The notes beneath the pieces are model-generated. The model was given only the letters and a program-made list of their open reading frames with translations, was not told the origin of the DNA and ran no database searches. DNA of 64,000 nt from Tubiluchus corallicola (taxonomy: Eukaryota > Animalia > Priapulida), in NCBI GenBank assembly GCA_030141605.1, contig JAQGDQ010000901.1, positions 1-64,000 on the forward strand. The letters run 5' to 3'. Position numbers and translations under genes: made by a program. Positions within the stretch are counted from its first letter, which is position 1; each line of letters opens with the position of its first letter. Shown in pieces: positions 1 through 12,979 of the stretch.

Positions 1-530
1 TTGCGTCTTCTCATCCTTACGCCCGGTGACGATTGCCTCCTATCGCACCCCCCTTTGATACGCCTCTGCTTTCAACTCCTATTATGTCGAGATTAAATTT
101 ATATGAAAAACCACGGTGTGCACAAGCCTTTCAATGCGTGAAATCATAAAACGCTTACAGATAGGTGTAAAAGTTTAATATTAAGGCAACATAAAACGAT
201 TAAAACATTTGTCGTTTTTGAACAGTTTATCACCTTGGGTTTGTTTTCTGTCCTCTGTTTCCACAAACTTGAAAAACTATAAAACAAAAATGCAGTTACC
301 ACCTAGTTATACAACGTTTGCACCAAAATAAAGTAGATGTGGCAATTCTAGCATGCCGAAGAATATTTTTTTAAATAGTCGAAAACGTGACACGATTTAA
401 TCTAACTTGTAAACGAAGCTGATTTAATGCTTTTTCGATAAAACTTACTCAAAATTTTTGGCATATCTTTGGTACACCATTTACCGGTTCTATGGAACCT
501 TTTTTCGTAAAAGTTTAGAATATGGGCTAA

Positions 531-720
531 AGTGACGTTTACGTAGCATCCGGATGCGTATGCGTTTCCACCTGCGGAATATCTGCTGAAATAAATCAAT
601 AGATATAGCTGCAGAAAAAGAATAACGCATGCGCAGGCTGCATTGAAAACAATTAAACCAACTTTATTTATTCCGCACCCCGAAAACGCATACGCATCCA
701 AATGCCACGTAAAAGCCACT
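531..720. mobile_element. PIF/Harbinger (Tourist-like) MITE
   Basis: Imperfect TIRs of about 50 bp (AGTGACGTTTACGTAGCATCCGGATGCGTATGCGTTT... / ...AAAACGCATACGCATCCAAATGCCACGTAAAAGCCACT). TAA flanks both sides (528-530, 721-723), giving a 3-bp TSD. Confidence 0.75.
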
Positions 721-929
721 TAATTGCGACGTCACGGTAATGAAAACCGATAAACACTCATCACATGAACAACAAGCACGAGATCAGTACGCGACAAAAC
801 GGACTTCTTTATAAAGTTATTTTGCAAGCCACCAAGCCAAAAACGACAACAATTTATATGCTAGACTACGTCATGTTTTTGTGGCATGAGCAGCAAAGCA
901 GTGGCATGTGATAAATGCAGCAATAAACA

Positions 930-3900
930 TGATGATCGTAATAAAACATCCCCAGGAACTTGATTCAGACGATCTGTCACTAATAGATGGCGCTAAGTCG
1001 CAGGTCGACGATAATGGTGTTGAGACAGAGGGTGCTAGCACTGAGATAGGAATTACAGCAGCAATACATTTACCACGCTAGCGGAAATAAGAGTTCAGGC
1101 GAAAAAATTAATAGAAAGGGAGAATGGTCCGAGAAAAATTCAAGAGTTAACCAATGTACTGCGTGGTGAAAAATGTTGCTGTTTGGCAAATAAAAAATTG
1201 ACAGAAATGAGCCAAATACTTCGAAAGATAGATAAAACTGTAAATACTATTTTCCAAAATGAGTCCCCGTCGCGGGATAATGGAATAGTGAAATCTAACG
1301 TCCCACGGATCAAGTGCAATTTTCCAATTATAGCAAATGAAGTACGATATGATCCTAAAAGGACAGTCCTGATTGAAAATGTCAAAGATAGAAAAATTGT
1401 TCAGAGCAGCATGACAATTAAGAAAAACTTGAGTCAGTTATTCCGTCGTACTAAATTTGTGACAGCTGACAAAATAGCTTGGGGAAAACTCAAGTACAGC
1501 TGGAAAAGACGAGGAAACTGCCGATGGAATTGTAGAAGCATGAAGAACGAGAAGCTTGCGTGGTGGTACAAACGCCAGGAAACCGGTCACTTAGCACATA
1601 GGAATAATCAGATACGGGCTTTCAAATGAAGAAGTAGAATCTGATATTCAAAGCAGATTGCCCAATGTGGCAGCAGAGCGTTTTAAAAGTAAAAGTAGTG
1701 CCTACTTATCGTTATGTTTCAGGTACAAATGTTTTGGTCCATTACCCCTTCTCATGGTAGTATATGCATTAGAAGCTACAGTATATTAGACTGTAGTTCT
1801 ACGAGATAGACTACTTTTCTACTCTGACATTGAATAGGCGAAACTTGTTATGTACACACGTCTCTGTTACGTTTAAAATTTGATCTGTGATTATGCTGCT
1901 ATTGCTACCTTTTACTGGCATTCTGGCTTTTCTTGGCTCAATATTGGACCTACAATGTATGTATGCATTTTAGCTTTTTAGTGTAACATAGTAATCTGTA
2001 GCACTTATTTCAGTAACTTTGTAGCGGTAATAATTGTAGCTAGCCAGTAGAATTATGCAATAATTTTGTAGACTAGAGCAAATTTGTATTTTTGCAGAAT
2101 AAACAACATAGCTATGGGAACGCAACATTGGTTTGAGCGTGTACATTACACGTTAGTCAAGGTCAAATTTGATTCCGAAGAAGACCTGGACATGGAGATA
2201 GAACATGGTATACCAATTGGTCAAATTTATTGTTCAGTGGAAAAATTTATAAACAAAGCTAGGTCATTAAGATGCTTCAAATGTCAGCAATACAACCATG
2301 TTGCAAAATAGTGTGTGAATCACACAGTGTGTGGAACATGTGGTTCGCAACACAAAACAAATGGGTGTAAATCTGAAAATGTTTTCTGCGCCAATAGTAA
2401 AGCAGAGCATCAAGTATGAGACAAAAGTTGCGCGAGATACGTAGAAGAGCTGAATCGTGTTAACCGTTCATAATGACAAGCAGTGATAAACATTTGACGG
2501 TTTGCCAAAGTAACATAAACTATTTTTCCGCACGTTCCGAGCTTGCTCTTGACAATTACGTTAATCAAGCCAGATATGATGTTATAGCCGTAAAAGAAAC
2601 TAAAGCAGTAGATGACAATGACTTAGAATTAACTAATTGCACACCATTTTCTAAAATCTCTAGACCATCCAGTGGCGGCTGTGCTTTGGTTATTCATTAT
2701 CAACACACGTGTTGCAGAATCAGGAATTTAGAAAACAACTTAACTGACTCTCTGTTGGTTTTAGTCCAGGTTAAAGGAGCAAAAATCTTGGCAGCGTCTG
2801 TTTACATTGCCCCTGAGTCACCTAATCAACTGAGACAATCTCTCGCGTCATTAGAAACAGTTCATGATTACTCATAGAAACACGGTTACTACGGGTATAT
2901 GGCTGTGGGCAATTATAACGTCAGAGATTTCTTGTGGGACAGCAAGACTAACAACCAGAGTAGCATCCTGACAAACTTCATTATGAACTGCAATAGACAG
3001 ATGTGTGTCCTTGCGCCAAGATTAGAGAGATTAAGTTCTTATAACTGTAAAAGTACCATGGACTTGATTATCTCATCTTCATTAGCGCACAATCGGATAA
3101 TAAAAAACGAGGTGGATAAAACCATTAGTGGGTCGCCAAACATGGGCACACCTCCGGGTCAGTACTGATTTTGCCATTAAATTTCGTGAAACAGTATGAT
3201 GCTGAAATTTAGAGGCTAAAATAAGCAAGCTTTCCCACAAATTAATGAAATTGTGAATAACCGTGACCAAATTGAATTGTGGCGTGTTTTTGAAACACTG
3301 TTCACCGAAACAAACGCAGGAACTTTGTCAACTAAAAGAATTTTTTTTTAACACTTGAGCAACTTATCTAATGAGCTACGACAGCTGAGGAAGAATTACC
3401 TGAGATGCTCAAATTACACAAATAAATGGGCATTCGAACAAGCAAAGAGTGTGTTTGAAGAGAAGCTGCAGAAAACTGCTGATAAATGGTTTTATGAAAA
3501 ATGTGATGCCCTTAACCGAAAGATTGCATGTTATCTGCATGTTAGAGCTAAATGGGACAATTTATACTGAAAAACAGGATATTTCTGATATTTTGTATAA
3601 ACGTTTTTTAAGTGGACACCATGCCCGAAAATGCAGATTTTGATGAAAGATGAAAACAATCAGCCATGGATAATTTATTGGATGTTTTTAATAATGCTAG
3701 TAGCGTTGTAAATGATAAATTTTTGAATTGTGATTTTACAATGTCTGAAATTGTAACTATTGTAAAGGAAACCAGGACAAGCAGTAAAAGTATTAATGCT
3801 AATGGCTTTCATCCATTAATGCTTAAGCATCTAGGGTTCTGGGCAAGGTGTGTGATTTTACATCTGAGAATTTAAGCTTGAATAGAGGGGATGGCCATGG

Positions 3901-5640
3901 ATCCAGTCTAAAATGATCTTTATACATAAAGAAGGAAAAGATAATTACACAGAGCCTTCAAGTTTTCGTCCTTTGTCAATTTCTTCGTACTTTGATAAAT
4001 TCACTGAACAATTAATAGCTAATAGATTAAGACACCTCTTTTTGGAATATGATTTGATAGATGAAGAGCAGGAAGGATTTGTGAAAAACTATAACACCAT
4101 AAACCATACCCAATAGGTATTTAGTGCGTTTAATTTCATGCATTCAAGATGATCTATTACATAAAATTTGCCCGGTTTAGATAAAATTTGCCCAATTTAG
4201 CAATTTGCTTTGACTTTCAAAGAGCGTTTGACAGTGTCTTATGTACAAATTAAGTGACGCAAATGTAAATGGCAAAATTCGACATTTAATAAGTAATTTT
4301 TTGTATAATAGGAGAGTAATTATTAGACTTGGTGACTTCACATCACAGTCATATAATTGCAAAGTAGGATTGTCACAAGGCTCTGTAATTTCCCCTTTAT
4401 TGTTTATTTTTATATTGCAAATATGTTTCGTGAAATTACTACAGTTGACAATGTTGACTGTTTTAAGTACGCTGATGATGGTACTATTTATATAACTGGT
4501 GATAATGACACAGAAACAATTAGGCTAGCTCAAACCTGTTGTAATCTGTTCTATAACAGGTGTCATCGTTGGCGTTTAATTTTAAACTGTGCACCTGGTA
4601 AAACAGAAGTTATTCCTTTTTTCTATATATAATTTGACAGATAAATTAAATATTGGAAATGTTGACATAAATTACGTTAAAAACAGTAAAATTTTGGGAG
4701 TTGCCATAGAAAACTCATTAACATTCAGTAAACACATTAATAATGTTAAAAAGAAGGCTTGGAACAGGTGTACGACAATTCGACGTAAATGTTATTTGTA
4801 TAAAGGTTTTAGTTTGATAACAGTAATTGTATTGTTTAAGGCACTGGCATTACCTATTATTTTACATGATGCGACTGCTTGGATGGCTCGTAAACATGAG
4901 TTCCTTGGCAACCTAATTTATGACGTCATGAAAACTGCGACAGGTTGTCGCTTCCACCCATCCCGTGACAAATTGAAGTTAATATGTGAATTACCGCCAT
5001 TAGAGATTATATGGAAATGCAACGAAATTTATGGTAAAAACTTTGTCAATGCCGAACAGTGATCTACTAAAATTAAATTTGTTTCGACCAAATAACAGTC
5101 CAATAACTCTAAGCAGGCACTTTTCACGTTTGGCTTTATTGGCGACTAATGAATTTTTAAGAATAACTAAAGACTTTACTGCCCAAAATTTAGATTTACG
5201 AGAAATCTCCCAAGCAGTCATTAAATATAATAAAAGTGATGTTGATAATTATATATTAGCAATATGGAAATCTAAGTGTCTTAACAGATATCTTTGTGGG
5301 GCGTCTCCAGTTTATCCATATTTTTAAGTATAGCTCCCTTGAATGTTCCAGTACAGACAAGGTAATAGAAAACTTGAGGTTTTAGCCTGCCCGTTTCTAA
5401 CAGGTCAAGGCAATTTTAATGATTTTCTGTTCTATATTGATTATGCAGACAATAATATGTGCCAGTGTTTAGAGGGGAAGAAAATCCCACATCATCTGTT
5501 GCTTAATTGTAAATTCGCAAGTCACATTAAATGAGAAGATTTTGTACGCGTTTTACAGCACCAAGATGTCAATTATATGTCAACTTGTCGTGATAATCTG
5601 ATTTTAATCAACTTTGCTATTTTGTCACTAACCTAACGGG
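930..5640 (+). mobile_element. Degraded near-full-length non-LTR retrotransposon (I/Jockey/Nimb-like; gag-like ORF1 plus APE-RT ORF2)
   Basis: ORF1 knuckles RCFKCQQYNHVAK*C..CGTCGSQH (about 2270-2410). APE motifs QSNIN, DVIAVKET, SVYIAP, GNYN, MDL (2473-3100). RT motifs FRPLSISS, GLSQGSVISPLLF, KYADD, KILGV (3913-4720). C-terminal CQC...HHLLLNC (about 5460-5510). Many stops and frameshifts; ends approximate. Confidence 0.85.
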
Positions 5641-5804
5641 ATTAATTCATTTTAGAAAATTGTAATCATTGCCAGTTAGGAAGGCAATGGCAATACAATG
5701 CTTGCATAGCTATTCTAAGTTGTTAAAATATGAAATGTAAATACTGTTATCTGTTATAGCCCGGCAAATAGAGGGCGCATGTATATATGTACATGTTTAT
5801 ATGC

Positions 5805-7462
5805 TCAAAATAAAGAGTTATAATCAAAAGTTATAAGAAAAATAATTATACTGTAAATAATTGGAGTTGATGAATTTGGAGTAACTCCATATTCATTGGT
5901 TCCAGTTCTTTTCAGTGTCTTTTCTTTTACCTTCATATGTTTGCCGTCTGCAGGGCGGAATTGCATCTGCATTATAGAAACAACATAGAACGGTGCTCCA
6001 ACACATACAGATATCCCCAAAAGCAGAGATGTGATCACATCCGCAGAAGCCTAAGATAAAACCAACTGATCAAATCTTAGATCAGATCAGTCATTTCTGA
6101 ACCAATATACAGCAAACTTTGTTTAATTCGGTTCTTGTCCACTAGCCATTCGAATTACCTGGAGTTAATTGCAGTACAATAATAATATAGTATTCTGTTA
6201 AATATAAATACAAGTCTGCAGACTTTTTATGCAAGAATTTTTTTCTGGTCAAGCTTACCCGGATGCGTGATGGAATACAAAAGCCATTGGTAGAGAAATG
6301 AATAGCGAAGGCCAGCAGAACTGGTAAGACCGTGATACAGAAAGCCGAAAATACTTGCTGGTACTGAAGTTGTTCTCGCGCCACAACAGAAGCCTGTAGA
6401 AATTACAATTACACATCAGTTTAATTTTCGTTAATGAAATCTAGCATAAGAACGCCTATTATATACTCAGCCACGAGAGAGAGAGAACAATAACTGGATA
6501 CCAAAGCAGCTTTTTTCTGTAGACTTTCTATTTTTGTACGCAACTCGCTGAGTTGTTGCTGAAGAGTCGACTCTACTTGTTGCGCACATCCGAGTTGTTC
6601 CACTACAACGTATTCACTTTTTGAGCATTCGCATTCTTCACCTATGTAAATTATGCATTTTTGAATTTATATGGGCGATTATCGTTACTTCATAGCGTCT
6701 GGCTTGAGGAAAAATTGCTGAAAAACAGCCCAAAAAGGTAATTGAAAAATAGGTGAAATGGAGTTTATTTGGCGCTTCCTCTTTACAGAAAGTTCTATTC
6801 ATCTTCTAAATAGAAGTGTGTGGTACAACTATTTCCTATTTTTCAATTTGTACCGTTTTTCATGTTAGTTTTTTGTCGTGCCATTATAACATGTGCCACT
6901 TTTACTTACTGCTGATATTTACATCAATGGTGTGTGGATTAACTACAACCACGTTATATGTTTTGGCTGCCATAGTGACGGCCATGCGTACCCTAAGTGA
7001 CGGTTAGCGTGCTACCCTAAGGCACTATAAGGACCGACAATATAAATTAAGTCATACAATATTTCCAAGTGTTTGCCCCCCCCCCCCCACTAATTCTGAT
7101 TTCCAATTAATTGGCACTAACACGTTGCATGATTTTTATATACTTAAATTCACTTTTTAGTAAATTATAATTTACTTACTAGTAATTATCTCAGGGCTTC
7201 ATTATCCAATCTTAATATTTGGTTGACCAACAACTAACATGATGAGCTGCTGGGATTGGAAAAAGCATGATTTTGTCACATTGGGTTCTTGGAAATAAGT
7301 AAGATTATAAGCAGTCACTGTTCAGCTTCACGAGCTGCGTGTGGGGAATTGTGAACTTTAGCCGTAAACCGTAAACTAATATAGCAAATTAAAACATAAT
7401 CAAACTTGTACCGTACCTGTGTCTATCAGACAAACTTTGTTACTCTTTCCTGTGTTCGCCAT
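5805..7462 (-). CDS. Uncharacterised ~188-aa coiled-coil plus 2-3 TM protein; exons 7417-7462, 6502-6641, 6259-6393, 5805-6050
   Basis: Four exons join in phase through GT-AG introns (567 nt): MANTGKSNKVCLIDTGEECEC...LQQQLSELRTKIESLQKKAALASVVAREQLQYQQVFSAFCITVLPVLLAFAIHF...ASADVITSLLLGISVCVGAPFYVVSIM... No family recognised. Confidence 0.6.
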
Positions 7463-7637
7463 GCAGGCGGCCTGTAGCAGTTACTTAGGTGACAATTTTT
7501 TTATGTTTTGACGTTTCTGCATAATTGATATGAACAAATAAAAAACGACTATTTTTCTTAGCGGCTATGTTGACCAAATTTTACTCTCTGGTTGTGCCTT
7601 CCGCCCCACCAGTTCACGGCGTCTCAGACCTGTTGGC
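7463..7637. promoter_or_regulatory. Putative bidirectional promoter
   Basis: Only 175 bp separate the divergent ATGs at 7462 (-) and 7638 (+). A GC-box-like CCGCCCC lies near 7601. Confidence 0.4.
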
Positions 7638-8454
7638 ATGGATACCTTAGAATTTTCAGATGACTCCTCTGAGTCCTCGCATAAATTGAAAAATACAAAC
7701 AATGAGGAAAAATCTAGTAAAAAGCTTAACAATGTAGTTCTGGGAACAATCTGTGTTATGAATGATTTAAGTTCCACGTTGTCGCCGGGTGAAATAGATC
7801 TGATATTATACGTGATACATTATACGCAAAATTAATTTTGAAACCATGTTCCCTGGATCAGTGGGCGCACTTAAGAAAGTGTTTCACCTGGATAGGGAGG
7901 AATTTGCTTTTGATGTAGATCCATTTATTTGTTATGGGAATTTACTTTCCGATAAGTTTCAGAGCTGGAAAGACAGAGAAGAAGCCTTAGCGCACGTCGG
8001 GCATTTTGCGTACACAAGTACTTAATAAGTATCTTTCTTGACTAGATTTCAATTTTATGCGCGTAATTTATCACATATACTCTGTCGTGGTGACCTTTGT
8101 GACAACAGCAAATTAAAAAAACAAGAATTTTTCCTATTGCCATAAAGCTCAATTTATTTTTTTGTGAAGGCGCAATAAACATTTTGTGTTTTTCATATCA
8201 ACTCAATAACTATTACTCTATTTTAACTATTTTATTCCACAAACCAGTACCTAGAGCTATACGTAGATTAATTCACCATTTTTACTCATTTAAAGGTACA
8301 AATGGACAGGAATATGCCAGTCGATTTCTTCCCTACTTGATAGGAGAATATGAATCATTTCCAACCAGCTTCAAATTGCAGATTGTCAAGAGTCTTTCTG
8401 AAATCATTTGTCCTGTTAAAAGCGGGGTTCACCAGGTAATGTGCTTCGGTGCGC

Positions 8455-8827
8455 GGTAAAAATGGCACAGGAAAAAATGGCTCAAATGGAAAAACAAGAA
8501 AAATGGCGCATGTATTGGTTTGATGCAGATAATTTCAATGAGAAAATAATTATATGTTGTAGCAAAGAATAGGCTGGATGCTGACGTGTGTAGCTGTCAG
8601 TTATTTACTTTTAGCTATTTTTATCAGGTTTTATTGTTTTTTAATGGCAGGAAAGCTTTTACTAAATTTGAAGTGTTTTGCATTATATTTTACACGTGAT
8701 GATGAGATATTTCTATTGTTTGTAATGAAACCCGTGTGCCTTGAATGTACCATAAGCGTGCCATTTCTCGACTACTTTTCCATTTATGCCATTTTACCTT
8801 CCAGGTTTTTCCTGTGCCGTTTTTACT
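8455..8827. mobile_element. MITE with ~22-bp TIRs and subterminal AAAATGGC repeats
   Basis: GGTAAAAATGGCACAGGAAAAA matches the reverse complement of TTTTTCCTGTGCCGTTTTTACT at 20/22. Intronic; no TSD found. Confidence 0.6.
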
Positions 8828-9550
8828 TATATTTAATTTGCTTCATTTCAGTGTTGTTATTATAGGGAAGGTATTATTAATTTAATTAATGAATGTTTTA
8901 ACCCAGGACGACTGTGCGTTTTCACATGAGCACCATACGCTCGCAATAGAACTTAGGAATTTTGTCTCTAAAAACCATTAGCTAGTTACATTGTAACTGC
9001 ATTTTGGTCGCTATATTCAATGTATACAAATTAATCACTGTTTGAAATAAATTGCATAAGATACAGCTGAGTGGTCACGGTATATGTTTAACAACTGAAG
9101 TTAACCAACACTAAGGAGAGTTTAAGAGTAGAGAGAATATTTGTTCTGGCAAATTTCATTTACAAAAGAGATTTTACAAATGAGCAAAAACGATATGATC
9201 AATGAGATTAGGTACCGGTCAACGGTGATATTGGAGAACAAAAAGGCTCAGGGCAAAGATATGTAGTCATATCCGCTTTTGAAAAGATAATAGTGGGGAC
9301 ACTATGTTTCACTCTCTGGTAAAATCCGTCATAGAAAGTTTTGGCGAAAATGCTTGGAAAATGTTTATTGTGAAATGACCAATTTTCGGACGATTGAATG
9401 CAATGTATTTTCTGATTTTTTGTATAGGATAATTTTCGCTCCATTGGCGGTTTGGACACTCTGGCGCAGAATATAAATCCCGCAGCTTCACCATCGCTAA
9501 AGTTATGTAAATGGTCATGTTACACGCTGACTGTTGCAGTTGCTGGGAAT

Positions 9551-9935
9551 GGTCAGTCACTTCGGGTATGTGGAATGCTAGCAATTATTAATGCAACGAT
9601 GCTGAAAAATGCCCTATAAATTCAGTTTTTTCTCTCGATCTTATCTATGGAATTTTTTTCTACCAGGAAATTGCTTCACTGAAACTTAGAAAGTCGGTCC
9701 ACGAAGAAATAAATATTTTTCAGATCACTAGCAAATATGTATGGTCAGCCACTTCGTGCATGTGAAATTCTAGTTATTATTAATACAGTGATAGTAAAAA
9801 TGGCTTATAGATTCAGCTTTTTCCCTCGGTCTTCTTATCTATGATATTCTCTACAAGAAATTGCTTCACTGAAAGGCAGAAAGTCGATCCACTAAGAAAT
9901 AAATGTTTTTTCAGATCACTAGCAAACATTTATGG
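9551..9935. repeat. Diverged ~192-bp tandem duplication (2 copies)
   Basis: GGTCAG(T/C)CACTTCG...AAATTGCTTCACTGAAA...CAGATCACTAGCAAA starts at 9551 and again at 9743. Confidence 0.8.
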
Positions 9936-12900
9936 AATTCGAATTTAAAGCTTTATTTCAGAATTTCTTCCATGTAAAACAGTAGTTAAAAATAGTATAA
10001 TGAATTCTGTTTCTCTGGGCTAGCATTCATATCTTCTCTGCTTTTCTGTAACCCTTCAGTGACCACTGGCCTTCTTTGGGTGATATGTATAAAAAAAATC
10101 ACACAGTTGTGCAAGAAATTTGCTGTCTATCATAAACTTAACCAGACAGACTGTCCAGACAGAATAATACTCATCATCAAATTTATCCAATACAATGTAA
10201 TGTCACAAATTAGCCACTAAACTGACCAGTGCAAGCATCTTTTGTTACACCTATCACCTATCTGCGACAGTCATTGGCTACCATCATTTGTTACAGCGGA
10301 CCGTTTTCTTTTTATTTTTGACCTTTCGTATTGTACACATGTTATATGTCTAGAAAGAGATTTTTGTGTTTGCGCTACGCTGGTCTAGACCATAGTAGAG
10401 AGAAATGTTCGCCTAACCATGACTAGCAACATACTAGCAATGAAATATCATAATCATATTTATCGTCACGATAATACGCACGTATACCAAGTATTTAGAA
10501 AAAGGTAAAAAAAATAAGAAAATGTTTGGGTGGAATCACATGTTATCACCGCATAAATTTCAGCATCGGACAACCTTTTGTTGTTAGTCTGTTCTTAGAC
10601 ACATATGTTCTTCTTGGCGAACATTGCAAACCCACAAGCCGTAAAGCTGAAAGACAGAAAATGCGAAAAAGTTTAAATAAAATATGAATTTTGAACCAGG
10701 GACTTCTGCTTACATGTCATTTGTGATGTCATCAACAGTTGGGCTCGCCCGTCGTTAATTAAGTTTTTGATCTATTATTTAATTATCAGAAAAGCTTTTG
10801 CAGTATTAGTAGTTAAAATGTATACTTTTTATTGGACTTGAAAATGGGGCATCTACATTTAATTAACAGCTTAATTAACTGCGGGTTTGTAGCATTACAA
10901 ATATTAATCTTAACAGTAAGGTTATGATAATAATATGCTGCTGGTAACAATTTTACATAGATTTAGGTATTTTACAATAAATTCCTACTAGTGCTACTTT
11001 GAACGACAAACATTTGTGAACAAATAATCACGTCTGTCACCTAATTTTCAAAGCATAAAATGAGTACAAAGTTATTGTCCCATTGTTTTGTGCTAAAATA
11101 TAATTCTACAATTCAGCATCTGAAAGCTATACCAGACCTAAGGGATGACCTGGAAGCTGCCGCCAACGATCCGCATGTCTGGGATGGAGACAAGAACTAC
11201 GCAGATATCCTGCTGAAATTGCTGGGATGGAGATCAGCGAGGGACGAAGTACAAGAGCAGCTTGAGCATGATTTTCTCAGGGCATGCAGGAACAGTAGCA
11301 GTAGTGAATTCAACTAAAACAGGAAATATTGCGCTCAAATAGCAAAACGAATTTGTTTTTGCGATTATGTTTTGTATTTGAACATTAAGAATATACACAG
11401 TTAAAAAATATAACTGATTTTTATACAAGTACAGTGTCTCAAAAGCCAGTATACACTTTTGATTTCCAGTTTTCATTTAAATGTTTCTCCAATGAATCTC
11501 TTACATGAATCAGAAGAGCCTCTGCCAATTTTTTATTTACTTTTTGACTATAACGCCTTTGCTACGGACAACAACCTTAGAAACGAGGTACAAAATCAGC
11601 CAGGCATGAGGTCCTTGTGTCACTAACTGAAGATCAGCAGGAATTCAGACCACTTTATGGACCACACTATTCTCCCCAATTAACAATTAAAATAGTGTTA
11701 TAACGAGGTACAGCCTTCCTCGCCACTCATGGGCTTTGAAGGATTATCTCGGTGCAAGATGCCGTTCTTTGAAGAAAGGTGTCAAAAATAGCAAAACCTA
11801 TTAACAAAGTAGTCCTTTTCATATTTTTGTCCAATTTGACCAAAAGAATTGTCCACGGTTTTAGTTCATTTGTATCAATTTTTAAACATTTTGCTTTTTT
11901 GTTAACAGAATATAGAAAGCGTAATGTGTATAGTCACTTCTGAGACTAAAGTCCACAATATGTATGTTGTATGTAAGCCTACAGAAAATAATTAAACCTG
12001 TAATACATGTTTAAGTTTATGTTTTATGCCTTGGTAAGTGAATTTGATGTTTTATATAGCAAAAATGCAATATATAATATTTGTTCCATGTTAGACAAGA
12101 CAAAAATCCAGTCACAAACATTATGTCCATTTATTAGTCACATTTAAGTAATCACCTGCCCAAAACAGGGACACGGACACTACTGCACCTCAAAATAACA
12201 TGCATTGCAGCTCCCATACAACATGCCATTGTAACATATCTCCATCTCAAGTGTCACCATAATACCTCAGTGTCATGGCAGTGCTTTACGTTAACACTAA
12301 CCCGACGTGTTGCTTAATACACTATAGTAGATTTTGCTCTATAAAAAATCAATAAAAAACTGCCTGAAAAGTTAATTTTCAATTTCAGCTATAAGTTGAT
12401 ACTATACTATTTAGTTTTTCACTGTAGCATACCCACGATATACACTTGCTAAGACTATAGTAAAAAATATAAATAGTAGTAAAATCTATACATTGAGAAC
12501 TGTCAAAAATTTATAACAAATAAAAATAAAGGCTTTCTATACTTAAAAAACAACCCATCCAACAAACGATGAAAAATTTGTGAACACGTCATAGTTATTG
12601 AGCATTAAATACAATCATAAAATAACCTCATTGTTTGATATGAAAAACACCTTGCTGTTCTATTAACGTAAGCAGTCATTGTAAATGTCAAAATCATTAT
12701 TTTCAGTTAAACAATCCCTACCTAACGGATGAATTTTTTGAAATTACAAAATTCATTTTTGTGTATTGTATCATGTAAATCAATTTACTAGTTCCAAAGC
12801 AGCTGGTTAATGCTTCGGTGTAACAGATAATAACAACCATATTAAAAAAGAAAACATATAGGCCCCCTACTACCTCAAGCCCTGCATATAACATTCCAAT

Positions 12901-12979
12901 TTAAAAAAGATTGAGTGCATATTTAACAAACTGATTAGGCTCTTTGGTCTTTGGATGATTTTGTGATGTCTTTCTGATT

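Larger units (their letters stand above)
7638..11317 (+). pseudogene. ARMH2: ARMH2 (C6orf229)-like armadillo-helical gene, apparently disrupted; exons about 7638-8017, 8296-8435, 8907-~8984, 9962-10079, 11117-11317
   Basis: Pieces DREEALAHVGHFAYT-STNGQEYASRF..FKLQIVKSL, NSVSL(fs)LAFISSLLFCN and HLKAIPDLRDDLEAAANDPHVWDGDKNYADILLKLLGW are collinear with my recollection of ARMH2 ([68 protein letters not shown]). Frameshift near 7829-7835, in-frame TAG at 8979-8981, frameshift near 10016-10020. Confidence 0.6.

Noticed and set aside
1-69. End of a hAT-like MITE (CGCACCCCCCTTTGATACGCCTCTG)
   Set aside because: The other end is outside the window, so TIR and TSD cannot be confirmed.
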